Below, piece by piece: positions 1-9,737 of a DNA stretch of 64,000 nucleotides. Source of the DNA: an uncultured Alphaproteobacteria bacterium (lineage in GTDB: Bacteria > Pseudomonadota > Alphaproteobacteria > Rhizobiales > Rhodomicrobiaceae); assembly GCA_963817705.1 (NCBI GenBank), contig CAWFPF010000007.1:7275-71274 (forward strand), read 5' to 3'. The notes below the pieces were generated by a model. It was not told the DNA's origin, made no database searches, and saw only the letters and a list, made by a program, of their open reading frames with translations. How positions within the stretch are numbered: the stretch's first letter is position 1; every line of letters begins with the position of its first letter. A program made the translations under genes and the position numbers.

Positions 1-705
1 CTGCTTCCAAAGCGCTACCACGTTGAGAAGGATGGTCGCCACCCCGGCGCCCTGGATAACCTCGACCAGGCGGCCAGGCGTGAAATTCGCCAGCGCGGCG
101 CCGAAGATCAAAGCGCTTGCGATCATGCCAAGCAGCAGCATGACATACATGAGCCCAACGACATTCGGCTGCGATTTGGGCGGCGCCAGATCGGTGGCCA
201 AGGCAAGCCCAACGGTCTGGGTCGTGTGAAGCCCGGCTCCAACGAGCAGAAAAGCCACGGCCGCGCCCGCATGCCCGACCCAGACCGGGACATTGGCCGC
301 ATTGCCGCCGCCGGAAAGAACCAGGAGCGAGAAAGGCATGATGGCGAGCCCGCCGAACTGGACCAGCGTGCCCTTCCAGATAAACGGAACCCGCTTCCAG
401 CCGAGCACCGACTTGTGCGTGTCGGATTTGAAGCCGATGAACGCGCGGAAGGGGGCGAAAACGAGCGGAATCGAGATCATGATGCCGACGAGCGAGGCCG
501 GAACATTAAGCTCCACGATCATGACCCGGTTGAGCGTGCCGATCAGCAGCACGAGCGCCATGCCGACCGAGACCTGGAACAGCGAGAGGCGCAGGAGCCT
601 GGACAGCGGCAGCTCCGGGCTTGCCGCATCGGCGAAGGGGAGGAAGCGGGGTCCGAGATTCACCCAGGCTTGCGTCAGTTTTCTTGCGACAGGATACGTC
701 TTCAT
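1..705 (-). CDS. lhaA: PucC/LhaA family light-harvesting complex assembly protein (BCD-family MFS), runs off the left edge
   Basis: Manual translation from ATG 705: MKTYPVARKLTQAWVNLGPRFLPFADAASPELPLSRLLRLSLFQVSVGMALVLLIGTLNRVMIVEL...APFRAFIGFKSD...LNVVALWKQ; no stop before the edge, so absent from the ORF track. pucC vs lhaA not fully resolved. Confidence 0.88.
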   Translation of the reverse strand, partial: MKTYPVARKLTQAWVNLGPRFLPFADAASPELPLSRLLRLSLFQVSVGMALVLLIGTLNRVMIVELNVPASLVGIMISIPLVFAPFRAFIGFKSDTHKSVLGWKRVPFIWKGTLVQFGGLAIMPFSLLVLSGGGNAANVPVWVGHAGAAVAFLLVGAGLHTTQTVGLALATDLAPPKSQPNVVGLMYVMLLLGMIASALIFGAALANFTPGRLVEVIQGAGVATILLNVVALWKQ

Positions 706-752
706 GCTTACGCTTTTGTCCAGCTTTAACAGGTATTTATTTCTGAGTTTAC

Positions 753-796
753 TGTAAAGTAATCTTCACACTCCGAAGTGTCAATTTCATATTACA
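753..796 (-). promoter_or_regulatory. Two tandem PpsR/CrtJ palindromes (TGT-N12-ACA) overlapping a sigma70 promoter for lhaA
   Basis: TGTAAAGTAATCTTCACA (753-770) and TGTCAATTTCATATTACA (779-796), 8 bp apart; on the minus strand TTGACA (784-779), 17 bp spacer, TACTTT (761-756). Confidence 0.85.
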
Positions 797-958
797 CCTG
801 CCTTACCGCGACTCCAGCGTATCGGCCTGCTCGCGGTGTCGCATCCCAGTTGCGTGCGCCGCGTTTATCTTGCCTCCGGCGTCAATGTTTGCCACATAAA
901 GAGGGTAAACGGCCCGCCCGCTTTCCGTCCTAATGCCGCACCCGCCCGGAGTCCTCCC

Positions 959-1744
959 ATGGTCCAGCTCTCGCTGCCGAAAAATTCGACCGTACGCAAA
1001 GGCAAGACCTGGAATCAGCCGGAGCAGGGCGGAAAGGGTAAGTGGCGCAAATTCGAGGTCTACCGCTGGGATCCGGAAGGCGGCGAGAACCCGTCAATTG
1101 ACAGCTATTACATAGACCTCGATCAGTGCGGCCCGATGGTGCTCGACGGGCTCATCAAGATCAAGAATGAGATCGATCCTACGCTCGCCTTCCGGCGCTC
1201 CTGCCGCGAAGGCATCTGCGGCTCTTGCGCGATGAATATCGGGGGAACGAACACCCTAGCCTGCACCAAGGCGATCGAGGATGTGAGCGGCACCGTGCGC
1301 ATCTATCCCCTGCCGCATATGGATGTGGTGAAGGACCTTGTGCCCGATCTGACGCACTTTTTTGCTCAGCACCGCTCCATCGAGCCTTGGCTCAAGACCG
1401 AGACGCCGGCGCCCGGCAAGGAATGGCTGCAAAGCCGCGAAGACCGTGCCGAACTCGATGGCCTCTATGAGTGCATTCTTTGCGCGTGCTGCAGCAGCTC
1501 ATGCCCGTCCTATTGGTGGAACGGAGATCGCTATCTCGGGCCAGCCGCGCTTCTCCAGGCCAAGCGCTGGGTGGCGGACAGCCGCGACGAGGCGACCGGC
1601 GAGCGGCTCGACAACCTCGAGGATCCGTTCCGCCTGTATCGCTGCCATACCATCCTGAATTGCGCTCAGGTATGCCCGAAGGGCCTCAATCCCGCAAAGG
1701 CGATCGCCGAGCTGAAGATGATGATGGTCGAGCGCCAGCTCTAA
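959..1744 (+). CDS. sdhB: Succinate dehydrogenase iron-sulfur subunit
   Basis: Cys motifs [20 protein letters not shown] and [12 protein letters not shown]; GGAG RBS before ATG 959. Confidence 0.96.
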   Translation: MVQLSLPKNSTVRKGKTWNQPEQGGKGKWRKFEVYRWDPEGGENPSIDSYYIDLDQCGPMVLDGLIKIKNEIDPTLAFRRSCREGICGSCAMNIGGTNTLACTKAIEDVSGTVRIYPLPHMDVVKDLVPDLTHFFAQHRSIEPWLKTETPAPGKEWLQSREDRAELDGLYECILCACCSSSCPSYWWNGDRYLGPAALLQAKRWVADSRDEATGERLDNLEDPFRLYRCHTILNCAQVCPKGLNPAKAIAELKMMMVERQL

Positions 1745-1919
1745 GGGCGGGGTGCCACCGGGGTTGGTCTGGCTACCGTTCGTCGTGCGCCACTGCCGCC
1801 CTGGTTCGGATTGTTTCGCGCGGCTCATAATTCCGGGCGTTCACCGCAGGGGCAGCCGAAGGCGGTCATCCAAAGCCTCCGAACGACCCGCCGGAGCCTA
1901 TCTCATCTGCCTTGTTTCG

Positions 1920-1951
1920 CCCCTCTCCCCATGCGGGAGTGGGGCGAGGGG
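1920..1951. repeat. Degenerate right-half remnant of the CCCCTCA...TGAGGGG palindromic repeat family
   Basis: CCCCTCTCCCCATGCGGGAGTGGGGCGAGGGG resembles the right arm of the copies at 34201, 48007, 55822, 56317 and 59936; lies between convergent sdhB and the aminotransferase. Confidence 0.5.
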
Positions 1952-1957
1952 TTTAGA

Positions 1958-3181
<1,224 letters not shown>

Positions 3182-3309
3182 TCAATGGTTTACGCTATGC
3201 CTGCCCGCCGTCAGGCGCAAGAGATAGCCGCGCGGGTGCGCTTCTTCGCACATGGAACTTTCACGCGGTACGCCAGTGGAGTTGAGAGTTGTGCCTATAA
3301 CGCAATCGG

Positions 3310-3510
3310 CTAATGAACATTGCAGGGCGCGCCATCGCGCTGCTTGGTTTGCAGATGAATTTCGTAAAGACGCTCTCTAATGGAATTGACTTCGCGCCAA
3401 AGTTCCCGCGCTTCCGTGAGATAGCTATCGGACCGGGGGGATAAATTCTTGACAGCCTCGCTCGTCATCTGGAGCCTGCGGCCCAGTTCCTCAATTTCGT
3501 CTCTTGCCAT
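3310..3510 (-). CDS. Small helical hypothetical protein
   Basis: 66 aa amphipathic ORF (MARDEIEELGRRLQ...) in an otherwise empty interval. Confidence 0.5.
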   Translation of the reverse strand: MARDEIEELGRRLQMTSEAVKNLSPRSDSYLTEARELWREVNSIRERLYEIHLQTKQRDGAPCNVH

Positions 3511-3829
3511 CAGTAGCCTTCCCGAAACTGCCCAAACCAGAATGAATCTTAGCTCGGGCCTCGCCGTCCGGCAAGCTATCCGTTCGCATCAAGTATGCCA
3601 AGTCTTATGCGGTGGCTTGTCACAATCGCGTTGGAGTGATCTATCACAGGCCGGTGTTATGGACGCCGTCTGCCTTGGAGCTGTCAAAGATAAGGATGCC
3701 CTCTGCGGCAGCGGTCCGCTCTCCCATGGGAAGAGGGACATGGTGATAGCGGGTGCGAGAGACCTCAGCACTTCGAGCGTCAGGCCTCCGAAGCATCCGG
3801 CTGCTTCGCACGCCGGATGCTAGCGGTCT

Positions 3830-4252
3830 TTACTTTGCCGCCGTGAGCTGGCCACGGATCTCGCCGCTCTTGTGATCGGCGGTGTGAACGTTGACGTACA
3901 GCTTTCCGGCCGTTAGTTCGGCGGCCTGCGCATCGGTGAGAGTTGCGGAGCCTTCGATGGGGCTTTCAGGGTTTGCGAAAGCAATCACCACACTTGCATT
4001 CTTGCCAGGTTCAGCGGGACCGTGAATGTGGGCCATCGTGGCGGGACCGCTGAGTCCGGAATAGGTGACCGTCCATTTCAAAAGCTTGGCTTCGGGATCG
4101 TATGTGACCACCGCCGTGCCGGTCCCTTTGCTATCGGTGGCCGGAACCTCTTGCGCCCCTGTCAGATCGGCTTTGAAGGTCACGGGCTCTGCCAAAGCGC
4201 CGGTAGAAAAGGCTGCCAAAAGAAGGGCTGCAGCAATCGCTCTTTTTTTCAT
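3830..4252 (-). CDS. Secreted CHRD-domain protein
   Basis: Signal peptide MKKRAIAAALLL; LTGAQEVP, AHIHGPA and LYVNVHT...GEIRGQL motifs. Confidence 0.92.
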   Translation of the reverse strand: MKKRAIAAALLLAAFSTGALAEPVTFKADLTGAQEVPATDSKGTGTAVVTYDPEAKLLKWTVTYSGLSGPATMAHIHGPAEPGKNASVVIAFANPESPIEGSATLTDAQAAELTAGKLYVNVHTADHKSGEIRGQLTAAK

Positions 4253-4461
4253 GGACTTTCTCCCCTGAGTTAACAGCCTTGCCGGGCTCAAACTGAGTGC
4301 TTTCCCAATGGGATGCACGCTGTCCATCCACTCTTAAGGCCGAGCCGCCGGTACCAAAAGTAAATCCGTTGTGTTCAATCCGGTTCCCCGGATGGCTTTA
4401 CTTCTTAACGTAGGAGTGCCAAGCTGTGATTCAGGAGCAACAACCGGAAGGAGGTGATCTG

Positions 4462-4542
4462 ATGTCGAGTGGGATATCTGCGCTGAAGCAACAGCTTGTG
4501 CGTGCCACGGGAACGTTAGAGCAGCCTCTGGCGTCTGCCTGA
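4462..4542 (+). CDS. Putative 26-aa small protein MSSGISALKQQLVRATGTLEQPLASA
   Basis: Preceded by AAGGAGGTGATC (4448-4459), an extended Shine-Dalgarno match; followed by an intrinsic terminator. Confidence 0.5.
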   Translation: MSSGISALKQQLVRATGTLEQPLASA

Positions 4543-4605
4543 CACGCATGGATCGCGCCTGCGGAAGCGGAGCGTGATCGGCTGTCGCGAACAGCCAGAC
4601 TCACG

Positions 4606-4634
4606 GGCCGCGGACACTGATCCGCGGCCTTTTT
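4606..4634 (+). terminator. Intrinsic terminator
   Basis: GGCCGCGGA-cactga-TCCGCGGCC followed by TTTTT. Confidence 0.8.
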
Positions 4635-4650
4635 GTTGTGCGCGAGCCGC

Positions 4651-5145
4651 CTACTTGCCTTCGTAGACGGGCTGCAGTTCCACCTCCGCGACGGCGACGG
4701 CGGCGTTGAGCCCGGTTTGCCCTTGCACACTCAAAGGCTGCAGCGAAATCGCGTTGTTAGACCCTCCAACGAGCACATTCGCGCCGCCGCCGACACCGGC
4801 CGATGCATCGGCTGCGATGCCCACATAGGTACCGCGAAGCGCACCCGCATAAAGGCCGCGGTTTGGAGCCAGCACGATCCAGGTCAAGAGCGCATTACCG
4901 GTCATTCCGATATCGAACCCATATTTCCGGATTTGCCCCTCGTAACGCTCACCTTCATCCGAAGGGCTCGCGCGGAAGACGCACCTCAGCTCTTTCGTGG
5001 ATCCGATGAAGAAGCTGACGCCGCCCTTTACGCCGCAGGTGAGCTGACCCACCGCAATCTGGCCGTCCGCATACGCGGAGGGTGCCATCGCCGTGGAGGC
5101 CACGGCGGAAAGAAGTGCCAAAGTTCTGAGAAAGCTTGCAGCCAT
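4651..5145 (-). CDS. DUF992 domain secreted protein
   Basis: Signal peptide then GQLTCGVKGGVSFFIGSTKELRCVF...LQPLSVQGQTGLNAAVAV. Confidence 0.88.
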   Translation of the reverse strand: MAASFLRTLALLSAVASTAMAPSAYADGQIAVGQLTCGVKGGVSFFIGSTKELRCVFRASPSDEGERYEGQIRKYGFDIGMTGNALLTWIVLAPNRGLYAGALRGTYVGIAADASAGVGGGANVLVGGSNNAISLQPLSVQGQTGLNAAVAVAEVELQPVYEGK

Positions 5146-5242
5146 GCCCATCTCCGCCTGTCTTGTTGCCCCCAGCTTCGTTCTAGCATCTTCCTCCGCA
5201 GAAGAAAGACTTTTACTTGTGGATAATACACCGGCCGCTATC

Positions 5243-5268
5243 GGAACTTGTCCCGTTCGCGGGGCGTT
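5243..5268 (+). promoter_or_regulatory. Sigma-EcfG (general stress) promoter
   Basis: GGAAC-N17-CGTT ending 25 bp upstream of the DUF3072 start. Confidence 0.7.
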
Positions 5269-5293
5269 CTGCGCGAGCAGGAGGCCGAACAGA

Positions 5294-5545
5294 ATGGCAA
5301 AGGATAGCAGCCGGGCGAATGCACCTTCCGGTTCGAATGCCGCCAAGGACCCGAATGAGTGGGTGACGGGCGGCGAGCCCATGACCGGCGCTCAGGCTTC
5401 GTATTTGAAAACGCTGTGCGGCGAGACCGGCGAGACGTTCGATCCGGATTTGACAAAGGCTGAAGCGTCGAAGCGGATCGATGAACTTCGCGAACGAGAC
5501 CCGCGCCTCCGCCGGCAAGGGTCTGGAAAAAAGAGCCCGCAATAA
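5294..5545 (+). CDS. DUF3072 domain protein
   Basis: KDPNEWVTGGEPMTGAQASYLKTL...LTKAEASKRIDEL; GGAGG RBS. Confidence 0.9.
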   Translation: MAKDSSRANAPSGSNAAKDPNEWVTGGEPMTGAQASYLKTLCGETGETFDPDLTKAEASKRIDELRERDPRLRRQGSGKKSPQ

Positions 5546-5609
5546 ACTTTGTGTCTGCTAAAGCTCTTGGATCGCGTGCGCCAAGGGGAAATCACAGCGG
5601 AGTTCCCGC

Positions 5610-5825
5610 GTGTCAGTTTTGAAATTCATCTATTTTAGCTTCCAGGGCAGCATCGGCCGGCGGACCTGGTGGCTGGCTTGGGCGCTGCTGCTCATGGCAG
5701 AGGTGAGCGCGAATTATGTCCTGTCGAAAGCCATGGATGACGACGCGCTCTGGACGCTGATCACACTCGGTTTCCTGCCATCGAAAGCTGAGGCGATGAG
5801 CGATCAGACCACAACTTTGCGGTAA
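5610..5825 (+). pseudogene. Internally deleted DUF805-like membrane protein remnant
   Basis: N-terminal FSFQGSIGRRTWWL and C-terminal LWTLITLGFL blocks present; central KRLHD-type segment missing; only 71 aa. Confidence 0.5.
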
Positions 5826-6595
5826 AGATGCCAACTCGCATGACCTAACACGGGCAGCGCGACGGTCAGGCCTAGCAGCGCGGGCAGCGATGCAACGATC
5901 AGCACCACGACGATAAAGGCCGCCCAAGCAAGCATTGGCACCGGATTGGCCAACACAGCCTTCAGCGACGTCACGATGGCGGCAGGCGCGCTCACGTCGC
6001 GGTCGACGAGGAGCGGGAACGAGATCACGCTGATCGAGTAAGACACAAGCGCGAACACGAGGCCAACCAGGTTTCCCACAATCATGAGCCGGGTGCCCCC
6101 GGGCGTCTCGAAGACGTCATGCACAAATCCGCTCAGCGATGTCACGGGTTGATCCCCGAAAATATTTTCGAAGATGAATTCGGCACTCCAGATCCATAGG
6201 AAGAAGATCGCCATGAGCAGCGCGCCCATCGTAAGAATCGCGCCACGCGAATGGCTCCGCACCAGGCTGAGGACATCCCACCAGGATGGGTCTACGCCTT
6301 GCTCCCGCCTGCGGCTGATCTCATAAAAGCCAATGGCCGCGAACGGCCCTAGAAGCGCAAAGCCTGCCGCGAGCGGGAACAGGATCGGCAAGATGTTGTA
6401 GCCGAACGTCAAGCGGGCGAGCAGGAGGCCAATCACGGGATAGAGGATGGCAAGCGCGATGACATGGCCCGGTTTGTGCCTAAAATCCTCAAGGCCCAGC
6501 GCCAGAGCCGAGCGCAGATCGCCGAACGTGATTTTGCGGATCGCAGGTAGAGCAGGCGGGGCATAAAGGTCTGCGGCTGCGGACTCTTGGACCAT
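5804..6595 (-). CDS. DUF2189 integral membrane protein
   Basis: DLRSALALGLEDF, AAGFALLGPFAAIGFYEISRRRE and LPVLGHASWHLYR motifs. Confidence 0.9.
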   Translation of the reverse strand: MVQESAAADLYAPPALPAIRKITFGDLRSALALGLEDFRHKPGHVIALAILYPVIGLLLARLTFGYNILPILFPLAAGFALLGPFAAIGFYEISRRREQGVDPSWWDVLSLVRSHSRGAILTMGALLMAIFFLWIWSAEFIFENIFGDQPVTSLSGFVHDVFETPGGTRLMIVGNLVGLVFALVSYSISVISFPLLVDRDVSAPAAIVTSLKAVLANPVPMLAWAAFIVVVLIVASLPALLGLTVALPVLGHASWHLYRKVVV

Positions 6596-6704
6596 ATCGC
6601 GCTCCCGTTCGTCACGGCACGCCGGTGACGCGCATGACTTTGTTGTAGCGCGCTGACCGCGCGCATTGCCTTATCCGGCCCCTCGCCGTTAGCCTGATTG
6701 CATA

Positions 6705-7278
6705 TTACGCGTTTTGCGGCGATTTGTCTCGGCTCCCATCGCCGGGAGCAGTCCAACTCCGATCAACTTCAAGGGCGATGGGTTCGGCAAACGGAATTCC
6801 GGCGCTGAAATAGGTCAAAAGTGGCTCGCCGCCGAGAAGCGCGCGGATGACGCGGATGGGTCCCGCATGAGTGATGGCGAGCACCGGCGGTCCGTCCGGT
6901 TCAAGTCCGCTCAACCAAGCCTCACAGCGGCTGGCCATGGCGCTAAGCGTTTCTCCGTTCGGTGGCGTGGAGTTCTGGCAGGCCGCGCTGCCACGTCTCG
7001 ACGGCGTTGCGGCCGATATCGTCCCAAAGGCGGCCTTCCCAATCGCCGAAATCAAGCTCCCGGAGGAGCGGCTCGATGGCAAACGAGGCGCCGAGCCTCT
7101 TAGCAAGATCGAGCGCACGGCAGGCGGGGCTGGTTACAATCCGGCACCCGACGGCGTATCCGGTCAGGCTTGTTGCTGCGGCCTCCAACGCTTGGGGCTC
7201 GCAGTCGAGATCGAGCCGGCCATAGCAAAGCCCCGTCTCGCAAATGGGCTTGGGATGGCGCACCAAAATCAAGCGCAC
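6705..7278 (-). CDS. cobC: Histidine phosphatase family, CobC-like alpha-ribazole phosphatase (one apparent +1 frameshift at 6970-6975)
   Basis: GTG 7278 gives MRLILVRHPKP...CYGRLD...ELDFGDWEG; continues in a second frame PPNGETL...ITHAGPIR. Removing one base from GAGTTC joins the frames. Downstream of cobS. Confidence 0.8.
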
Positions 7279-8018
7279 GTTGCGGCACCGAGAAGAAAGA
7301 CGATCTCGTACGCTTGCTCGACCGCACCCAGCACGTCGCCCGTATATCCTCCAAGCAGGCGCCGCGCCAACAGAGTTGCCAGCCCGGCAGCAATTGCCGC
7401 CGCGAGCAGAGCCGGCACAGCCATCCAGCCCGGCAGTAACAGGAGAGGAAGAATGCCTGAGCCCAGGGCGACGGCAAGGTCTGCTTGCGTGATCCCTTCG
7501 CCCAGAGGCTTGATCTTCGCGGCCGCGATTCCGCCTGAATAGGGGAGCGTGGAGATCACGCCAACAGTGGCGAGCCGTCCGCCTGCATGCGCCGCGACAA
7601 GGCATGCCGCACCAGCGAGGACCGGGAGCGCGGCCAGTGCAAAAACCTTGATCCCGATGCCGGCGCCGAGCGCAAGAACGCCATAGGTGCCGAGACGGCT
7701 GTCCTTCATGATGGCGAGCCGGGCCTCGCGGGTCGCCCCGCCCATGGAGTTGAAAAAATCGGCGAACCCGTCCTCGTGCATGCCGCCAGTGATGGCGATG
7801 CCGGCTGCGATCGTAAGCAGAGCCGGCAGCGGTTCGCTCCAAAGTTTCGATCCGCCCAGCAGAATGGCTGCGCATAGCGCGCCGACCAGCGCGCCCGTCA
7901 GCGGAAAATACTTCACGCCGCGTTCCATCCACTCCCCGGAAAACCCGTCCACCTCTGGAACGGGAAGCCGGGTCAAGATCTGGACGGCCGCAAGGAAGTA
8001 TCTGAGTTCTGCGTGCAT
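7269..8018 (-). CDS. cobS: Adenosylcobinamide-GDP ribazoletransferase
   Basis: LTRLP, TGGMHEDGFAD, MKDSRLGTYG and GGYTGDVLGA motifs. Confidence 0.95.
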   Translation of the reverse strand: MHAELRYFLAAVQILTRLPVPEVDGFSGEWMERGVKYFPLTGALVGALCAAILLGGSKLWSEPLPALLTIAAGIAITGGMHEDGFADFFNSMGGATREARLAIMKDSRLGTYGVLALGAGIGIKVFALAALPVLAGAACLVAAHAGGRLATVGVISTLPYSGGIAAAKIKPLGEGITQADLAVALGSGILPLLLLPGWMAVPALLAAAIAAGLATLLARRLLGGYTGDVLGAVEQAYEIVFLLGAATCA

Positions 8019-8021
8019 TGG

Positions 8022-9056
8022 CTAGTTTGGATGGGGGCCGGGCAAATCGGCCATGTCATTCAGCAACCCCTCCGCCATGCGCACGAGCGGGATGGCGAGC
8101 GCGGCACCGGTGCCTTCGCCAAGCCGCATGCCGAGATCGAGAAGCGGCGCGGCGCCAAGCCATTCGAGGAGCGCACCGTGGCCAGCTTCCGGGGAGCGGT
8201 GCGCAAAAATGGGATAATCGCGCAGGTTTGGCTCGATGGCGATCGCCGCGCAGGCCGCCGCTGTTGCGATGAATCCATCCACGATCACGATTTGCCTTGC
8301 CCTCGCGCCGCCTATCATTGCGCCTGCAAGCATGACCATCTCGAAGCCGCCGAACTCGCGCAACGCATCGCGCCCGCCCCGAACGGGTGCGCGGCGATAG
8401 GCGCGCGACAGCACATCGCGCTTATGGCCGAGACCCGCCGGCGGTGCGCCCGCGCCATTTCCGATGAGCGTGTCAAGCGGCAAGCCGGTCACGCTATGCG
8501 CGACGATAGCGGCCGCGCTCGAATTGCCGATGCCGATTTCGCCAAGCGCGAGAATGCCGAATCCCTTGGCGTGCAAGGACGCGGCTACGTCCGCACCCGC
8601 TTCGAGGCCCTGCGCAAGCTCCGCCTCCGTCATGGCCGGCCGCAGGAGGAAATTGTCCGTGCCGCTGAGGATTCTCTTCGAGATCAGCGCATTGTTCGGC
8701 AGCGGCGCAATTTTGAGCCCCCCGTCGATTAGAAAAACATCGGCGCCGGCAGCACGCGCCGCGATATTCGCCCCAGCCTTGCCTTCAAGCACCATTTGCG
8801 CGATCAAGGCCGAAACTTCGGACGGGTAAGCGGTCACACCCTCCGCCACAATCCCATGGTCGCCGGCGAAGATCGCTAGCGCAGCGCGCCCAAGGCTGGG
8901 CTTCAAGGACTGGGTCACAAGACCAATATGCAGGCCAAGCGCCTCTATACGGCCAAGCGACCCGAGCGGCTTCGCTTTCGCTTCAATAGCGGCCTTCAGA
9001 CGCGGCTCAATTTCGCGCGCGAGAGGCGTAACACACTGGTTGTTTCCGGTATCCAT
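8022..9056 (-). CDS. cobT: Nicotinate-nucleotide-dimethylbenzimidazole phosphoribosyltransferase
   Basis: KPLGSLGRIE, FAGDHG, GEIGIGN and LDLGMRLGEGTGA motifs. Confidence 0.95.
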   Translation of the reverse strand: MDTGNNQCVTPLAREIEPRLKAAIEAKAKPLGSLGRIEALGLHIGLVTQSLKPSLGRAALAIFAGDHGIVAEGVTAYPSEVSALIAQMVLEGKAGANIAARAAGADVFLIDGGLKIAPLPNNALISKRILSGTDNFLLRPAMTEAELAQGLEAGADVAASLHAKGFGILALGEIGIGNSSAAAIVAHSVTGLPLDTLIGNGAGAPPAGLGHKRDVLSRAYRRAPVRGGRDALREFGGFEMVMLAGAMIGGARARQIVIVDGFIATAAACAAIAIEPNLRDYPIFAHRSPEAGHGALLEWLGAAPLLDLGMRLGEGTGAALAIPLVRMAEGLLNDMADLPGPHPN

Positions 9057-9082
9057 CTCTTCACGGAATGAGGGGCGCCACC

Positions 9083-9577
9083 ATGAGCGGACAAGACCAC
9101 ACCGGCAATGGGCCGGTCAATGAGCGAATTTTCCCGCTTCCGCCCATGGTGGCGGCGCTCTTTATCGCGGCGGGCTGGTTGCTCAACCATTTCGTTCCGA
9201 TGGTGGATCGCGCCGGTCCGGCTCCCAATGAAAGCAGGCTCGTAGGCGGGCTCATTATCCTTTGCGCGTTTGTCATCGGCGGCTTGGCGTTATTGGATAT
9301 GCGCCGGGCGAAAACGCCTTTCCATCCCGGCGCGAAGGCGAATGCGCTTGTGCTCTCGGGTGTCTACAAGCGCACGCGCAATCCCATGTATTTAAGCCTG
9401 GTTCTCGTCACGCTCGGCCTTGGGATAGCGACTGCCAACCCATGGCTCGTCCTCATGGCGCCGCTTCTGCTTTTTTATTTGCAAGAGCGGGTGATCAAAC
9501 ACGAGGAAAGATATCTCGCAGCGCGCTTTGGCTCAGACTACGAGGCCTACCGGGGCAAGGTTCGCCGCTGGTTTTAG
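9083..9577 (+). CDS. Isoprenylcysteine carboxyl methyltransferase (ICMT/PEMT) family membrane protein
   Basis: GVYKRTRNPMYL and EERYLAARFGSDYEAYRGKVRRW motifs. Confidence 0.9.
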   Translation: MSGQDHTGNGPVNERIFPLPPMVAALFIAAGWLLNHFVPMVDRAGPAPNESRLVGGLIILCAFVIGGLALLDMRRAKTPFHPGAKANALVLSGVYKRTRNPMYLSLVLVTLGLGIATANPWLVLMAPLLLFYLQERVIKHEERYLAARFGSDYEAYRGKVRRWF

Positions 9578-9737
9578 AACGTATCCAGTCAGCCCTAAGG
9601 GGACCCGGGCCGCGTGGCATCCGGACGCCGGTCAAGCAGCTATTTTCCTTAAGACCAAAGTAAGGATATTGGCCGCCCCCATTGTTGCGGTTAAGAGGCT
9701 AGCACTATAGTCTCGGTAGCAGGAGGAAGCGTAGGGT

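Noticed and set aside
4448-4459. AAGGAGGTGATC as a 16S rRNA fragment
   Set aside because: The match is limited to the anti-SD complement; flanks do not resemble rRNA.
6895-6920. GGTTCAAGTCC T-loop-like motif suggesting a tRNA
   Set aside because: Lies within cobC coding sequence; no cloverleaf or acceptor stem.
9598-9640. Possible REP remnant after the ICMT gene
   Set aside because: Too short and degenerate to assign to any repeat family.
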